From an uncultured bacterium (GTDB lineage: Bacteria > Oederibacteriota > JAAXVQ01 > JAUVAV01): 64,000 nt of DNA. The DNA lies in the NCBI GenBank assembly GCA_963710755.1, contig CAVQBK010000003.1:1376001-1440000 (forward strand), given 5' to 3'. The notes beneath the pieces are model-generated. The model worked only from the letters and a program-made list of their open reading frames with translations. It was not told where the DNA came from and made no database searches. How positions within the stretch are numbered: position 1 is the stretch's first letter; each line of letters starts with the position of its first letter. The position numbers and the translations under genes are program-made. This document shows, in pieces, positions 48,243-59,314 of the stretch.

Positions 48243-48349
48243 TCTTTGGCCAAAGGTAAAAGACAATAAATGGTTTGTCCCTGCCCAAGACCATCTTAAG
48301 GGGTCCATTAAGCGCAAGTAAGTGACCAAGGGAAAAGAGGTGAGCGGTC

Positions 48350-48823
48350 ATGCAGAAAATAGCACCTTGTTTATGGTTTGACCGTCAAGCTGAAGAGGCC
48401 GTGCAGTTTTATACTTCGCTTTTTATAAAATCAAAAATACTGAATAAAACTTATTATGGTGAGGGAGCACCGCTGCCCAGGGGAAGCGTGCTGACGATCA
48501 ACTTCGAACTGGAAGGCCAGGAATTCATAGCCTTAAATGGAGGACAGACTTTCCAATACACACCGGCCATCTCCCTTTTCGTGAATTGTGCTTTCCAGGC
48601 CGAAGTGGATGAGTTGTGGGAAAAGCTCTCCCAGGGCGGAGCCAAAGGCCAATGCGGGTGGTTGACAGATAAATATGGGGTATCCTGGCAGATTGTGCCT
48701 GAAGCCTTGCGCGCCATGCTGCTGGACAAGGATCCTGAAAAAACCAACCGGGTCTTGCAGGCCTTGCTTCCGATGACCAAACTGGATTTGGCAACCCTGC
48801 AAAAAGCCTATGATCAGGCTTAA
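48350..48823 (+). CDS. VOC/PhnB-like (3-demethylubiquinone-9 methyltransferase family) protein
   Basis: QKIAPCLWFD..AEEA, ALNGG and CGWLTDKYGVSWQI. Confidence 0.92.
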   Translation: MQKIAPCLWFDRQAEEAVQFYTSLFIKSKILNKTYYGEGAPLPRGSVLTINFELEGQEFIALNGGQTFQYTPAISLFVNCAFQAEVDELWEKLSQGGAKGQCGWLTDKYGVSWQIVPEALRAMLLDKDPEKTNRVLQALLPMTKLDLATLQKAYDQA

Positions 48824-48952
48824 CCCAAGGACATCAACAGCACTTCAGGGAGTACCAGAGCTTCAATCCTGGGGAGCTAAGGAGAGGGTAGTGGATGCCC
48901 TCAGCGCTGGTTATTCATCCGGCTAAAGAATACGGAAAAGGCAGGTGGCCTA

Positions 48953-49791
48953 ATGCAAGCAAAATTCAACCTTTTCGGAAATAAAAAAAAACAACGGCTT
49001 GGGTTAACGCTTGGCGGCGGCGGGGCCAGGGGAATAGCGCATATTGCCTTTCTGAAGGTGCTCGATGAATTGGAAATTCGGCCGGCCGTTATATCGGGTA
49101 CCAGCATAGGCGCGCTCATCGGCGCGCTCTATGCTTCCGGACAAAGCGGTTCGGCGCTGGAGCAGATATTTAAAGAATTGAATTATTTGGACTTGGTTAC
49201 CCTGGTGGATTTTAAATGGCTGCACGCCAATGATGGGCTCATCGGAGGAGATAAAATCTTCAAAACGTTAAGCCAGCTTACGGGTAACAAGCGATTTGAA
49301 GATCTGACCATTCCCCTGCGGATCATTGCCACCGATTTTCGGAGACAAGCGGAAGTGCTGTTTAAAACAGGCGAGTTGATCGAAGCGGTACGTGCCAGTA
49401 TTTCTTTGCCCGGCATTTTTGAACCGGTTATCAAGGATGGACGGGTGCTGGTCGACGGCGGGATCGTCAATTCCTTACCCTATGAATGCATCCGTGATGA
49501 GTGTGATGTGTTGGCGGCGATTAATGTTTTTGGAGAGTCCCTCCCCGAAAGCGATACCCCCAAAAAACCAAAACTTTTTGAAGCCATTTTTATGGCTTTT
49601 CACATTATGGAAAGCGCCACTTTGGAATTGAAATTAGCCGGTCCAAACCGGATGTTTATTTTAAACCCCAATTAGCCAATATTGATCTCCTGGCATTCAA
49701 TAAGATAACCGATATCCTCGACAGCGTCCAGCCCGATGCCGGGAAATTTAAAGATTATTTAATGGAAAACAGGGAGCGCTTTAAGGACTAG
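48953..49791 (+). pseudogene. Patatin-like phospholipase with a C-terminal frameshift near 49638
   Basis: GGGGARG, GTSIG and DGG. The expected tail KPDVYFKPQLANIDLLAF continues in the -1 frame to TAG 49791. Confidence 0.82.
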
Positions 49792-49864
49792 CGCGCCCAT
49801 AAGCCGCCTTGATTGGCAAAGGTTTTCCAGATGGCAACTATGGGCGGTAGAGAAGGAGGGAACC

Positions 49865-50284
49865 ATGCAGATGATCCACAGTTGTCCGGTTTGTTCCAAC
49901 CCGGCGGTGAAGGTGCAGGTGGAAACGGTTGCCAATCTGCTTAAGGACGGTAAAATGAAAACCGGGTTTGATGACAAGGCCCATTACCGGATTTGCACCA
50001 ATCCCGGATGCGCCGTGTCCTATTTCAACAATAACACGATCTATGACACGCAAGATATCAAGGTGCCCTTATGGTTTAAAAAACCAAAAGAGGCGGACGT
50101 GCTTATTTGTTATTGTTCTGGTCTGACAAGGGGTGACATCATTAATGCGGTGCGGAACGGTTGTGACAGCCTGGCGGCGGTACGGGCCTTTACCAAGAAA
50201 ACCCTTACCGGCCAATGTTTAAGAAAAAATCCGCTGGGGAAATGCTGTCATGAGGTTGTTTTGAACATCATCAAAAATCATTAA
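49865..50284 (+). CDS. Csac_0668/CopZ-N-like [2Fe-2S] BFD-domain protein
   Basis: CPVC, CTNPGC, ICYC and C..KNPLGKCC. Confidence 0.82.
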   Translation: MQMIHSCPVCSNPAVKVQVETVANLLKDGKMKTGFDDKAHYRICTNPGCAVSYFNNNTIYDTQDIKVPLWFKKPKEADVLICYCSGLTRGDIINAVRNGCDSLAAVRAFTKKTLTGQCLRKNPLGKCCHEVVLNIIKNH

Positions 50285-50380
50285 TCCTTAAGATGAAGTT
50301 ATTATTACCGGAAATGATCGCGAGGGTATTTATGGATCGCGATTTTGCATTGTAAATGATAAAAAGTGCGCAGGAGGAAA

Positions 50381-51103
50381 ATGATGAACAAAGAATCCAT
50401 ATGGTCATCGGCGATTTTGGGAATTGCCATTGGCTTGGGGGTGGCTCTGGCCGGCCTGAGCATTGGGTCAGCGCTTTACCAGCTTAAAGCCAGTCAGCGC
50501 TATGTGACGGTCAAAGGTCTGGCTGAGAAAACCGTTCGTGCTGATCTGGCCATCTGGCCGATCAGTTTTCAGACTGTGGGCAATGAACTTGTTCCCGTGC
50601 AGAACCGCATGGAGAGCAACCGCAATAACACCGTGGCTTTCTTGAAAAAACTGGGATTTGATGATCAGGAGATATCTTTTTCCGCGCCCCTGATCAGGGA
50701 TACGGGCACGGAAGTGGCTTATGGCGGCAAAGCACCTAAATACCAGTATGTTGCCCAAACCAGTGTGGTGGTGCGGTCCGATAAAATTGATCTGGTTAAA
50801 AGCGGAGCGGAAAAATTAGGCGCTTTGATTCACCAGGGCATCATCCTGATGCCTGCAAATTGGGAAAACAAGACCAGCTACAGCTTTACCAAACTCAACG
50901 ATATCAAACCGGACATGATCAGGCAGGCCACCTTGAATGCCCGGGAAGCAGCCAGTCAGTTTGCCAAGGACTCAGGGAGCAAGGTGGGCGCCATCCGCAA
51001 CGCCAGCCAGGGGTACTTTACCATTGAAGATCGGGATGCCAATTCACCGGATTGGAAGAAGATCAGGGTGGTGACCACGATTGAGTATTTTTTACGGAAA
51101 TAA
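50381..51103 (+). CDS. SIMPL (DUF541) domain protein
   Basis: RYVTVKGLAE, ADLAIWP, IKPDMI..AT.NAR..A..FA.DS and ASQGYF. Confidence 0.88.
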   Translation: MMNKESIWSSAILGIAIGLGVALAGLSIGSALYQLKASQRYVTVKGLAEKTVRADLAIWPISFQTVGNELVPVQNRMESNRNNTVAFLKKLGFDDQEISFSAPLIRDTGTEVAYGGKAPKYQYVAQTSVVVRSDKIDLVKSGAEKLGALIHQGIILMPANWENKTSYSFTKLNDIKPDMIRQATLNAREAASQFAKDSGSKVGAIRNASQGYFTIEDRDANSPDWKKIRVVTTIEYFLRK

Positions 51104-51270
51104 TCGCGAGCTGAAAAAGTAAAGTGAAAAGTTTGCTTGTAAGCTTGAGGGTGAAGGATTAAAATAATCTATGATTAAAGATCATAAATGAAATTGGTCA
51201 AACCAAGGGGAAGGAGTGTAATTGAGATATTAAAATTTAAATGAAATGCATTATCTCTCGGGGGGAAGAT

Positions 51271-52248
51271 ATGGCATTTGAAAAAAACATTGCACCTGCT
51301 GTTTTACCTACTAGTAAGCCTGCTTATAATCATTTACCTGCCAATATAAAACCAAGTGCCCTTTCAATTGATATAACCAATTCTTGTAATTTACGTTGCA
51401 AACATTGCTTTTGGGAAGAATACAGTCATGATCATAGAGATAATTTGACATTGATAAATGATGCTAAAAATATTTGCACCCAATATTCAAGCATTACCAA
51501 TATCACCTGGTATGGTGGAGAACCATTATTAAATACCAGAATAAAAGCATTACTTTATCATGGCATAAATACGCTCAATAAAAAAAATAATTTAATTGTT
51601 ACCAATGGGACTCATGAAATACCCGATTGGAAAAATAATGTTCATTTTGCAGTCTCTTTGGACGGGGATAAAACAATGCATGATTATTTAAGAGGTGAAG
51701 GTGTATACGCTTTAGCAAAGAAGAGCATAAAAAGTGCATTGGATCGTGAAGTGCCAGTCGGGCTGATTTATTGTATTAATAAATTAAATATGTTCAGAAT
51801 CAAGCATTTCCTTGAAGAATGGTCAAATTACAATCTTGAAGGTATTGTGTTAACGTTCTATGTGCCATTAAGAAATAAATCGGCCGAGCTAATTTTGACG
51901 GATGAAGATCAGGATCAGCTAAGCGACATGCTTATCAAATTGAAAAACGAATACGGAAAAATTATTTACAATAGCGATAGGATGTTAGAATTAATTAAAT
52001 CTAAATACAACGATCATTTCGACAAGCAATGTCCTATGAATGCTAAAGATAATAATGTGACGTCATTGCATATGTGCAATGACGGGACCATACGTATACC
52101 GTGCGCTTTAGGACCGGAAGCGGATTGCAAAAAATGCAGGTCTGTCACGGCCACCGCCTTATATGCCGGCTTAATTGATAACGACCGTTCATCAAAATTG
52201 GCCTTGTATCGGATGTATCATTCTAAAAGCCATGCTAAACAGCTTTAA
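51271..52248 (+). CDS. Radical SAM enzyme with C-terminal Cys cluster
   Basis: CNLRCKHC, GGEP, TNG and SLDG; C-terminal C...PC...DCKKC. Visibly AT-rich. Confidence 0.9.
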   Translation: MAFEKNIAPAVLPTSKPAYNHLPANIKPSALSIDITNSCNLRCKHCFWEEYSHDHRDNLTLINDAKNICTQYSSITNITWYGGEPLLNTRIKALLYHGINTLNKKNNLIVTNGTHEIPDWKNNVHFAVSLDGDKTMHDYLRGEGVYALAKKSIKSALDREVPVGLIYCINKLNMFRIKHFLEEWSNYNLEGIVLTFYVPLRNKSAELILTDEDQDQLSDMLIKLKNEYGKIIYNSDRMLELIKSKYNDHFDKQCPMNAKDNNVTSLHMCNDGTIRIPCALGPEADCKKCRSVTATALYAGLIDNDRSSKLALYRMYHSKSHAKQL

Positions 52249-52357
52249 ATATATGATTGAGGAAAAACTATCGCAAAATAATAACCTTAAAAATAAAGGC
52301 TGAAATTATTTTGGATCTATGTTTCAGCAATACTTTTATCTTCAATTCGATCAAATT

Positions 52358-52464
52358 CCCTGGAAGCCGGATCGCCTGTTTTTTGCGGGCTTGTCCGGGA
52401 TGACAAGCGAACGGAAGCGCCTAGTAAATCGTCATACCGGTATGATTGAAGCCGGAATCCAGGG
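52358..52464. repeat. Inverted pair of CGTC-type REP-like sequences
   Basis: CCCTGGA.GCCGGA...TCCGGGATGAC facing CGTCATACCGG...GCCGGAATCCAGGG. Confidence 0.6.
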
Positions 52465-52756
52465 ATTTTGATTCTAAATCTTCGCGGCTTGAAGTTTAGT
52501 CGCCCTTGGCCATTGCAGGCGATTTCACAGATCAACATCCAGGTCGGTTTTTCGCCAATCCGTTGTACATTATCCCGGTCCAGGGACATCCACCCTTCAA
52601 ATCATCCGTTTTTAATTCGATAATGCTTCCAATATCGCATCGATTTCTTTGGTTTATGGGGAGAACTATACCGCAATTTGGACTTAATAATTCATCCTTT
52701 GATGACGAATATAAAATAGAGCTTTTAAATATCCATAAGTCAATAGGAGTTTGGTT

Positions 52757-53299
52757 ATGCCTGGATACAAAGGATCAGCATTAATTACTTTGAAAAAAAT
52801 CTTTCGGAAATACGATGCTGAACTGGAAAAGAAATTCATCAGTTCTATGACTCCGGAAGAATTAGCTGTCTACGAGCGTATCTTGCCAAGTGTGTGGTAT
52901 CCAATTGATACGGCTACTAGCCTATATGAAAAGGCCGTAAAAGTACTCTACCCGGTACCTAAACAGGGGCTTGTGGAAATAGGCAAAGAAATTGCTGTCG
53001 ACAATTTGAATAGCGTTTACAGGGTATTAGTGCGTGTTGCTACTGCGCCTTATGTTATCAAGCAGGCGGCCCTATTCTGGAAAACTTACCACCAAAAAGG
53101 ACAAGCGTGGGTTGAAAATATTTCGGATAAAAAATTGATCTTTAATGTTAGAGATTATCCCGAGTTGCCCGTCCTTATAAGGGAAATGGTAAGAGGATTC
53201 ATTATTGGACTATTGGAACAGACTAAAGCATTTAATGTTCAAGTTACGCAGGTAACCACCAGTGACGATCCGTGGAAATGGGAAGTCACATGGAGTTAA
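52757..53299 (+). CDS. Hypothetical protein (TIGR02265/DUF2378-like)
   Basis: KG, WYP, EIG...A, FW..YH..G and G.I.G.LE pattern. SD AGGAG upstream. Confidence 0.6.
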   Translation: MPGYKGSALITLKKIFRKYDAELEKKFISSMTPEELAVYERILPSVWYPIDTATSLYEKAVKVLYPVPKQGLVEIGKEIAVDNLNSVYRVLVRVATAPYVIKQAALFWKTYHQKGQAWVENISDKKLIFNVRDYPELPVLIREMVRGFIIGLLEQTKAFNVQVTQVTTSDDPWKWEVTWS

Positions 53300-53432
53300 T
53301 TCTGTCGTGGTGCCAGCCATTGTTTCAAAAAAAGGATTTTTCGTCATATGTGCTTCAATGTGTTTGAAAATTTAGCGATTATATTGGCCTAGGAATATTG
53401 CCTCGGTGTCAGCCGCTAGGTCACCATCAGCC

Positions 53433-55935
53433 CTATTTATATTTGACATATTTCTTATTCCCCGGATCATCGGGCCAGGGATGTTTGGGGTATTTGGCTT
53501 CGAATTGCTTCTTAATTCCCGGGTAAGTGGTCTCCCAAAAATTGGCCAGATCGCGGGTCAGCTGGATGGTGCGGTTGGCCGGGCTCAGGATGTCCAGCAT
53601 AAGCGGCTGGCCGGCCACCGTGGGTGTGGTCCGGCAGCCGAAAAACTCCTGCACTCGCGCCGACAATTTAGGCACTTCGCCACTGGTGTAATTCACCATT
53701 TTTTTGAAACCTGCCGGCAGGCGGAGGATGTCCGGGGCCAGCTCATTGAGCCTGGCCAAACGGGCCTCGCCCAGGTAGAGTTTCAAGCCATGAAGCAAGT
53801 TTTGCTCATTCCAAACCTCAGTGCCGTTCCATCGTCCTGCCGGCAGAAGCCATTGAGCGGCATTGGCTAATAAGTGTTCATCATCAAAAGCAGGCCAGTC
53901 TTTGACTTGCCCTGATTTTTCGAGAAACCGGCAGCGGGCCAGAAAATTTTCAGAAACCGCATTCCAGGGCAGTTGCTCCAGACCTTTTTCCCGCATCCGG
54001 GCCAGCGCTTTGTCCTGGAGCACGGCTTGTCCGGCAAAGCGCCGGGCTGATCTTTAAGCGCAATGGCGCCGATCTTCAATTCCGACTTGCATTTGGGCGT
54101 CCACCCTTTCCAACTGATGCTCCAGAACACTTGTGGCGTAACGGCCGCATGGGCCAGGATATCCTTCTGGGTAATAGGCGCAGCGGAAAAGACCCTGGCA
54201 TTTTGTTCCCCGCCGTCCAGATCGGCAATGACGACAAACTCTTCTCTTGCCATCGTTCCTTTGAGCAAAGCCCCCCGGCCGGAGGCCAGCAGGCAGCGTG
54301 ATGTGGCCGGATCGTCGATCCGGGTGCGTTTGGCCAGCCGATCAGGATAGGCTGACAAGAGCACATTACCCCGGCCGCAGCTTCGGGTCTGATGGTCATG
54401 GTACGCCTGCGGGTGACAGTCGGTTCCGCCCAGCGTTTGTAAAAACGGCGGCATTCTTCCATAAGGCGCTTAAAGCCGGCATGATGATGTTGGTGGCTTT
54501 GGCCTTTGATCCAGTCCTCCACCTGCTCCAGGTGATCGCGAAAATCGAGATTTGCCGGGAAGAAAAGTCATCGCTCTCCAGCAAAGCGGCGGTCACTATG
54601 GCCGTATCCCCCAAAGCGGGACCTGGAAAGTCGAGAATCATCTGGGCCAGCCGGGGATGAAGGGCAAAGCGGCTGGCCTTGCGCCCCAGGGGCGTAATGC
54701 CTCCGCTAAGCGTTAATCAGGCCCAAGTCTTTTAACAATCCCAGAGCTTGGCTGTAAGGCGCCGGTGGAGGCGGGGTGAGCCAGGTAAGCTCTTCGGCGG
54801 AAGTCCCCCAGGCCGCGATATGCAGAGCCAGGGGTGCAAGATCAGCCTCCGCAATTTCAGGCAGGGCAAAAGGCTCGTGGAAATCGGACTGATGCCACCA
54901 GCGCAAACATAGGCCTGGTCCAAGCCGTCCGGCCCGTCCCTTGCGCTGCTCGGCGGAGGCCATGCTGATGGGCAGGGTGTCCCAATGGTCCAAGCCGGTG
55001 CGCGGCAAAAACCGCACTCTCCTCTCCAGACCAATATCCACCACGGCTTTGACGCCGGGTATGGTTAGACTGGTTTCCGCCACATTGGTAGAGAGGATGA
55101 TGCGGCGGCCTGTGGCTTTGATCGGGATCGAGCACATCCGTTGTTCCTGCGGGGCCATCTGGCCGTGCAACAAATGAAGCTCCACAGCCAGGGCACGCAT
55201 GTTATGGCCAGCAGGGACCGGGCTTGGTGCATTTCATAAGTAGCCGGGCAAAAAGCACAGCACCGTTGCCTGGGCAGGGGCCTTAAGGTTCTGCAGGGCT
55301 TCCAGGCAGAGCCTGGCCGCTCCTTGCCAGGGTTTTTCCTGAGGCGACAAAGGTGGGCGATAGGTGACCTCCACCGGATGAGAAGGTGCCTGCACTTCCA
55401 GTAATGGAAAATCGGGGAAAACCGTCAGCAGTTCCTGGGAGGGCAAGGTAGCTGAGAGCAAAGCAATGGCCAGATCAGGGCGCTGCTGTTGCCGCGTAGC
55501 CCAAGCCAGGGACAGGCCCAGGTCACCATGTAAACTGCGCGTATGGAATTCATCAAAGAGCAGGGCGCCGTATCCGTCCAGATGGTGGTTGTGCTGCAGC
55601 ATGGGAATCAAGACCCCTTCAGTGATGACCTCCAGGCGGGTATTAGAACTTACCAAAGTCTCCAACCGCGTGCGCAGGCCCACGGTTTGACCGGGCTTTT
55701 CACCCAGCAGGTGGCTGATGCGGTTGGCAGCCGCCCGGGCCGCCAGGCGGCGCGGCTCGAGAAGGATGATTTTTTTATCTTGGAATTCAGGCCGCGAAAG
55801 CAAAGCCCAGGGCAGCAGTGTGGTTTTGCCGGCACCGGGAGCAGCCGAGAGCAGGAGCAATCCTTTTTGGATAAACGTATTGGTGATGTGATCGAGATGG
55901 CTATAAATGGGCAGTGACTTTATGGTATCTGTCAT
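53433..55935 (-). pseudogene. hrpB: ATP-dependent helicase HrpB, broken by at least four frameshifts
   Basis: PGAGKTT, EPRRLAA, DEFH, SAT, FLPG, TNVAETSLTI, QRKGRAGR, AYPDR, LSPANR and YPKHPWPDDP are spread over successive frames. Confidence 0.9.
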
Positions 55936-56049
55936 AGGCCTTAAACAGAGAATCCTTTCCAGGAGTATAAACAAAATGCCGTATTCAAGGATTACACAAA
56001 TTAAACCATAAAAAACTAAGGCAATCTGGAATTGTGCATTATCATTGCT

Positions 56050-56445
56050 CTAACCTTTGACCACCCAGGTTTTGGCGGCTTCCGGATCCTCAAAGAAACG
56101 GACCGGATAGCCAAGCTTTTTGAGCCTAAAGGTCAGTTTGAATTTTGGCCACCAGGGCATGCCCACCAAGGCTATACGGGTGACATGGCCTTGCAATTGT
56201 AGCAAATGGGCTGTTAGCCCGGCCAGCACCGGTTGGTTAAAAGAGGTTTTATAACAATCGATCCAAATATTTAGGGCCACGGGCTTGGACAGAATGAAGT
56301 CACGCTCCTGTTCCATCAGGGAAAGGAGGACTGTACTATGGCTGCCAAATCCGCCGTATTTCAAACAATGAAGCTCTCCATTTTTATAATAATAAGGATA
56401 GGTGGATCCGCCGGGCGATAAGACCATAATAGTCTCCTTGGGCAA
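56050..56445 (-). CDS. SpoIIAA-like (STAS/SEC14) domain protein
   Basis: RIALVG and RFFEDPEAAKTWV. Start uncertain. Confidence 0.6.
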   Translation of the reverse strand: MPKETIMVLSPGGSTYPYYYKNGELHCLKYGGFGSHSTVLLSLMEQERDFILSKPVALNIWIDCYKTSFNQPVLAGLTAHLLQLQGHVTRIALVGMPWWPKFKLTFRLKKLGYPVRFFEDPEAAKTWVVKG

Positions 56446-56668
56446 GTCGGGAGGGCGCTGGGGACTCTCTGGCGGTCATCATCGCACTTTTAGCATGCCC
56501 TGTCAATGCGAGCTAGTTTTCACTTGTCAAGGGTTGGTCGCAGGACTAGAATAAGGCACGCCGATCAGGACTAGGCCTCAGATCACGATGGCCGGTACTT
56601 CAACAATCATTTTGTGCATTTTTCGACCAATGCAAAATGAGTTGTCATCAATAGGATTGAGGCTAATC

Positions 56669-59314
56669 ATGGCATCTGCACAAGATAAACTCAAATCCCT
56701 TAGTCCCTTTCAAAACCAAGCCACGGCCGCAGAAAAACGATTGCTGCAGATTTGCGACTTGCCCTTAACTGATGTTTTGGCTACCCTCAATTCGCGGGAA
56801 GGCGGTCTCACCTCCGGGGAAGTGGAACAGCGGGCCGATGAATTCGGGCCCAATATTCTTTTTACCAAACGCAGAGAGGGCTTTTTTCTGGAATTGTGGA
56901 GCCGTCTGAAAGATCCCCTGGTCATTCAACTGTTGGCCATTGCCGGCATCTCGGCCGTGATGGGTGATCTGCGCAGTGCCGCAGTAGTGGGGGTCATGCT
57001 GCTTATCAGCGTGGGCCTGTCTTATGCCCAGGAAAAGCGCTCCTATAAGGCTGCGGAAGAACTGCAGAATCTGGTCAAGACCACCTGCTTGGTATTGCGC
57101 GCCGGCAAGGAACAAGAGCTCCCCATCAGCGAGATTGTGCCCGGTGACATTATCATTTTGGATGCAGGCGCCATTATTCCTGCCGACTGCCGGCTGTTAG
57201 CCGCCAAGGATTTCTTTGTCAGCCAATCGGCCCTTACCGGGGAATCCATGCCTATGGAGAAAAACCCGGCCCCTGCTTCCCAGGCCGTGACTACACCCCT
57301 GGAGGCCGCCAACGCTTGTTTCCAAGGCAGCAACGTGGTAAGCGGCACGGCCCGGGCTGTGGCGGTCAATACAGGCAGCCGTACTTACCTGGGCTCGATC
57401 TCCCGTAATCTCTCGGCCGCCAAGGAGGCCACCAGTTTTGACCAGGGGGTCAAAGCCTTTGTGTGGCTCATGGTCCGGTTCATGCTGGTCATGGTAACCG
57501 TGACTTTCCTCATTGTGGGATTCACCAAGCATAGCTGGCCGACAGCCCTGCTTTTCGCCATTGCCGTGGCCGTAGGCCTGACCCCGGAGATGCTGCCCAT
57601 GATCATCACGGTCTGCCTGTCCAAGGGTGCAATGGCTTTGTCGCGAAAAAAAGTGGTGGTTAAAAAACTTAAGTCTATTCAAAACTTTGGCGCTATGAAT
57701 ATTCTGTGCACCGACAAAACCGGTACGCTGACTCAGGACAATATTGTGCTGGAACGGTATGTGGATGTGACTAACCGCACCAGTGAAGATGTGCTGCGGT
57801 ATGCCTACATGAACAGTTACTATCAAACCGGTTTGCGTAATTTGCTGGACAAGGCCATCCTGGCTCACGAAGATCTGGATGTGGAAAAGAACAGCCGTAA
57901 GGTGGATGAGATTCCTTTTGATTTCGGCCGCAAACGCATGTCCGTCATCATTGAAGATGAGGATCGTCATGTGCTTATATGCAAAGGTGCGGTTGAAGAG
58001 ATATATGAGGCCTGCAGTCAATACCAGGTGGAAGATGAAATCCATCCCCTGATTGATATGCTGAAAAACGATTTGATCGAGGAGTACCACGAGCTTAGCA
58101 GCCAGGGCTTCCGGGTGTTGGCCATTGCCTATCGGGAATTTCCCAAGACGCTGGAAGTCTTCACGGCCCATGATGAGTCGGAGATGGTGCTGCTCGGGTA
58201 CATTGCCTTTTTTGATCCGCCCAAGGATTCCGCTGCCAAAGCCATCAAAGCCCTTCATCAATCGGGGGTGGACGTGAAAATTCTGACGGGGGACAATGAA
58301 TTGGTGACCCGCAAGATTTGCAAGGACGTGGGTATTGAGCACAACCGGGTGGTAACCGGCGGCGAGCTGGCGGAAGCTACCAATGAGACTTTTCAATCTT
58401 TGGTGGCCCAGAATAATGTTTTTGCCAGGCTTACGCCCAGCCAGAAGGAGGCCATTATCCGCAGCCTCAGGAGGCAAGGCCAGGTGGTCGGATTTTTGGG
58501 TGATGGCATCAATGATGCACCGGCCATGAAAGCAGCCGATGTGGGCATCTCGGTGGACACGGCCGTGGATATTGCCAAAGAATCAGCGGATTTAATCCTG
58601 CTGGAAAAAAGCCTGATGGTCCTGGAAGACGGTATTCTGGAAGGACGCCGGATTTTTGCCAACATCACCAAATACATCAAAATGGGCGCCAGTTCCAATT
58701 TTGGCAATATGTTCAGCGTGGTAGGCGGCAGTTATTTTCTGCCTTTTCTGCCCATGCTGCCCATCCAGGTGTTGGCCAACAACCTGCTTTATGATATTTC
58801 GCAAATCGCCATTCCCACGGACCGGGTGGATCCGGAATTAGTGGAAACCCCCCATCGCTGGGACGCGGGCTTTATCCGCAAATTCATGATTCGTATTGGC
58901 CCGGTCAGTTCGCTCTTTGATTATGCCACTTTTTTTATTATGCTCTATGGTTTTAACTGCATTGTCTTCAGTCATCCCGGTACGGACCCGGCTATGAAAC
59001 TTTATTATGAAAAACTATTTCACACCGGTTGGTTTGTGGAGTCCATTTTTACGCAGACCTTGATTGTGCATATTATCCGCACCAATCGCATCCCTTTCTT
59101 CCAAAGCAAGGCCAGTCCGGCTTTGGTGGCCACCACCCTGGCGATTATGGGGCTGGCGGCCGGCCTGCCTTATATTCCCTGGATAGCTAATCTGCTGGGC
59201 TTGGTGCCTTTGCCGGGGCATTATTGGTTTTATCTGGGTGGGATCCTGGTGGCCTATGCCACGTTGACGCATGTGGTCAAGCGGTGGTTTGGCCGCACTG
59301 TGGGAGGTGCTTGA
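56669..59314 (+). CDS. mgtA: Magnesium-translocating P-type ATPase
   Basis: TGES, GLTPEMLP, DKTGTLT, PFDF.RKRMS, GDGINDA, SSNFGN and NNLLYD. Confidence 0.95.
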   Translation: MASAQDKLKSLSPFQNQATAAEKRLLQICDLPLTDVLATLNSREGGLTSGEVEQRADEFGPNILFTKRREGFFLELWSRLKDPLVIQLLAIAGISAVMGDLRSAAVVGVMLLISVGLSYAQEKRSYKAAEELQNLVKTTCLVLRAGKEQELPISEIVPGDIIILDAGAIIPADCRLLAAKDFFVSQSALTGESMPMEKNPAPASQAVTTPLEAANACFQGSNVVSGTARAVAVNTGSRTYLGSISRNLSAAKEATSFDQGVKAFVWLMVRFMLVMVTVTFLIVGFTKHSWPTALLFAIAVAVGLTPEMLPMIITVCLSKGAMALSRKKVVVKKLKSIQNFGAMNILCTDKTGTLTQDNIVLERYVDVTNRTSEDVLRYAYMNSYYQTGLRNLLDKAILAHEDLDVEKNSRKVDEIPFDFGRKRMSVIIEDEDRHVLICKGAVEEIYEACSQYQVEDEIHPLIDMLKNDLIEEYHELSSQGFRVLAIAYREFPKTLEVFTAHDESEMVLLGYIAFFDPPKDSAAKAIKALHQSGVDVKILTGDNELVTRKICKDVGIEHNRVVTGGELAEATNETFQSLVAQNNVFARLTPSQKEAIIRSLRRQGQVVGFLGDGINDAPAMKAADVGISVDTAVDIAKESADLILLEKSLMVLEDGILEGRRIFANITKYIKMGASSNFGNMFSVVGGSYFLPFLPMLPIQVLANNLLYDISQIAIPTDRVDPELVETPHRWDAGFIRKFMIRIGPVSSLFDYATFFIMLYGFNCIVFSHPGTDPAMKLYYEKLFHTGWFVESIFTQTLIVHIIRTNRIPFFQSKASPALVATTLAIMGLAAGLPYIPWIANLLGLVPLPGHYWFYLGGILVAYATLTHVVKRWFGRTVGGA

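Noticed and set aside
49865-50284. Selenoprotein version of the Csac_0668-like protein
   Set aside because: All candidate positions are Cys codons, there is no in-frame TGA, and the ORF ends in TAA.
26400-56500. Integron cassette array, given the many small unrelated accessory genes
   Set aside because: There is no integron integrase, gene orientations are mixed, and no recurring attC RYYYAAC...GTTRRRY structures follow the genes.
56460-56668. M-box riboswitch or MgtL-like leader upstream of mgtA
   Set aside because: No M-box consensus or Pro-rich leader ORF is recognisable.
57197-58477. 426-aa antisense ORF, and similar shadow ORFs within ndvB
   Set aside because: It lies wholly opposite a well-supported gene and has no motifs, as expected for a codon-bias shadow.
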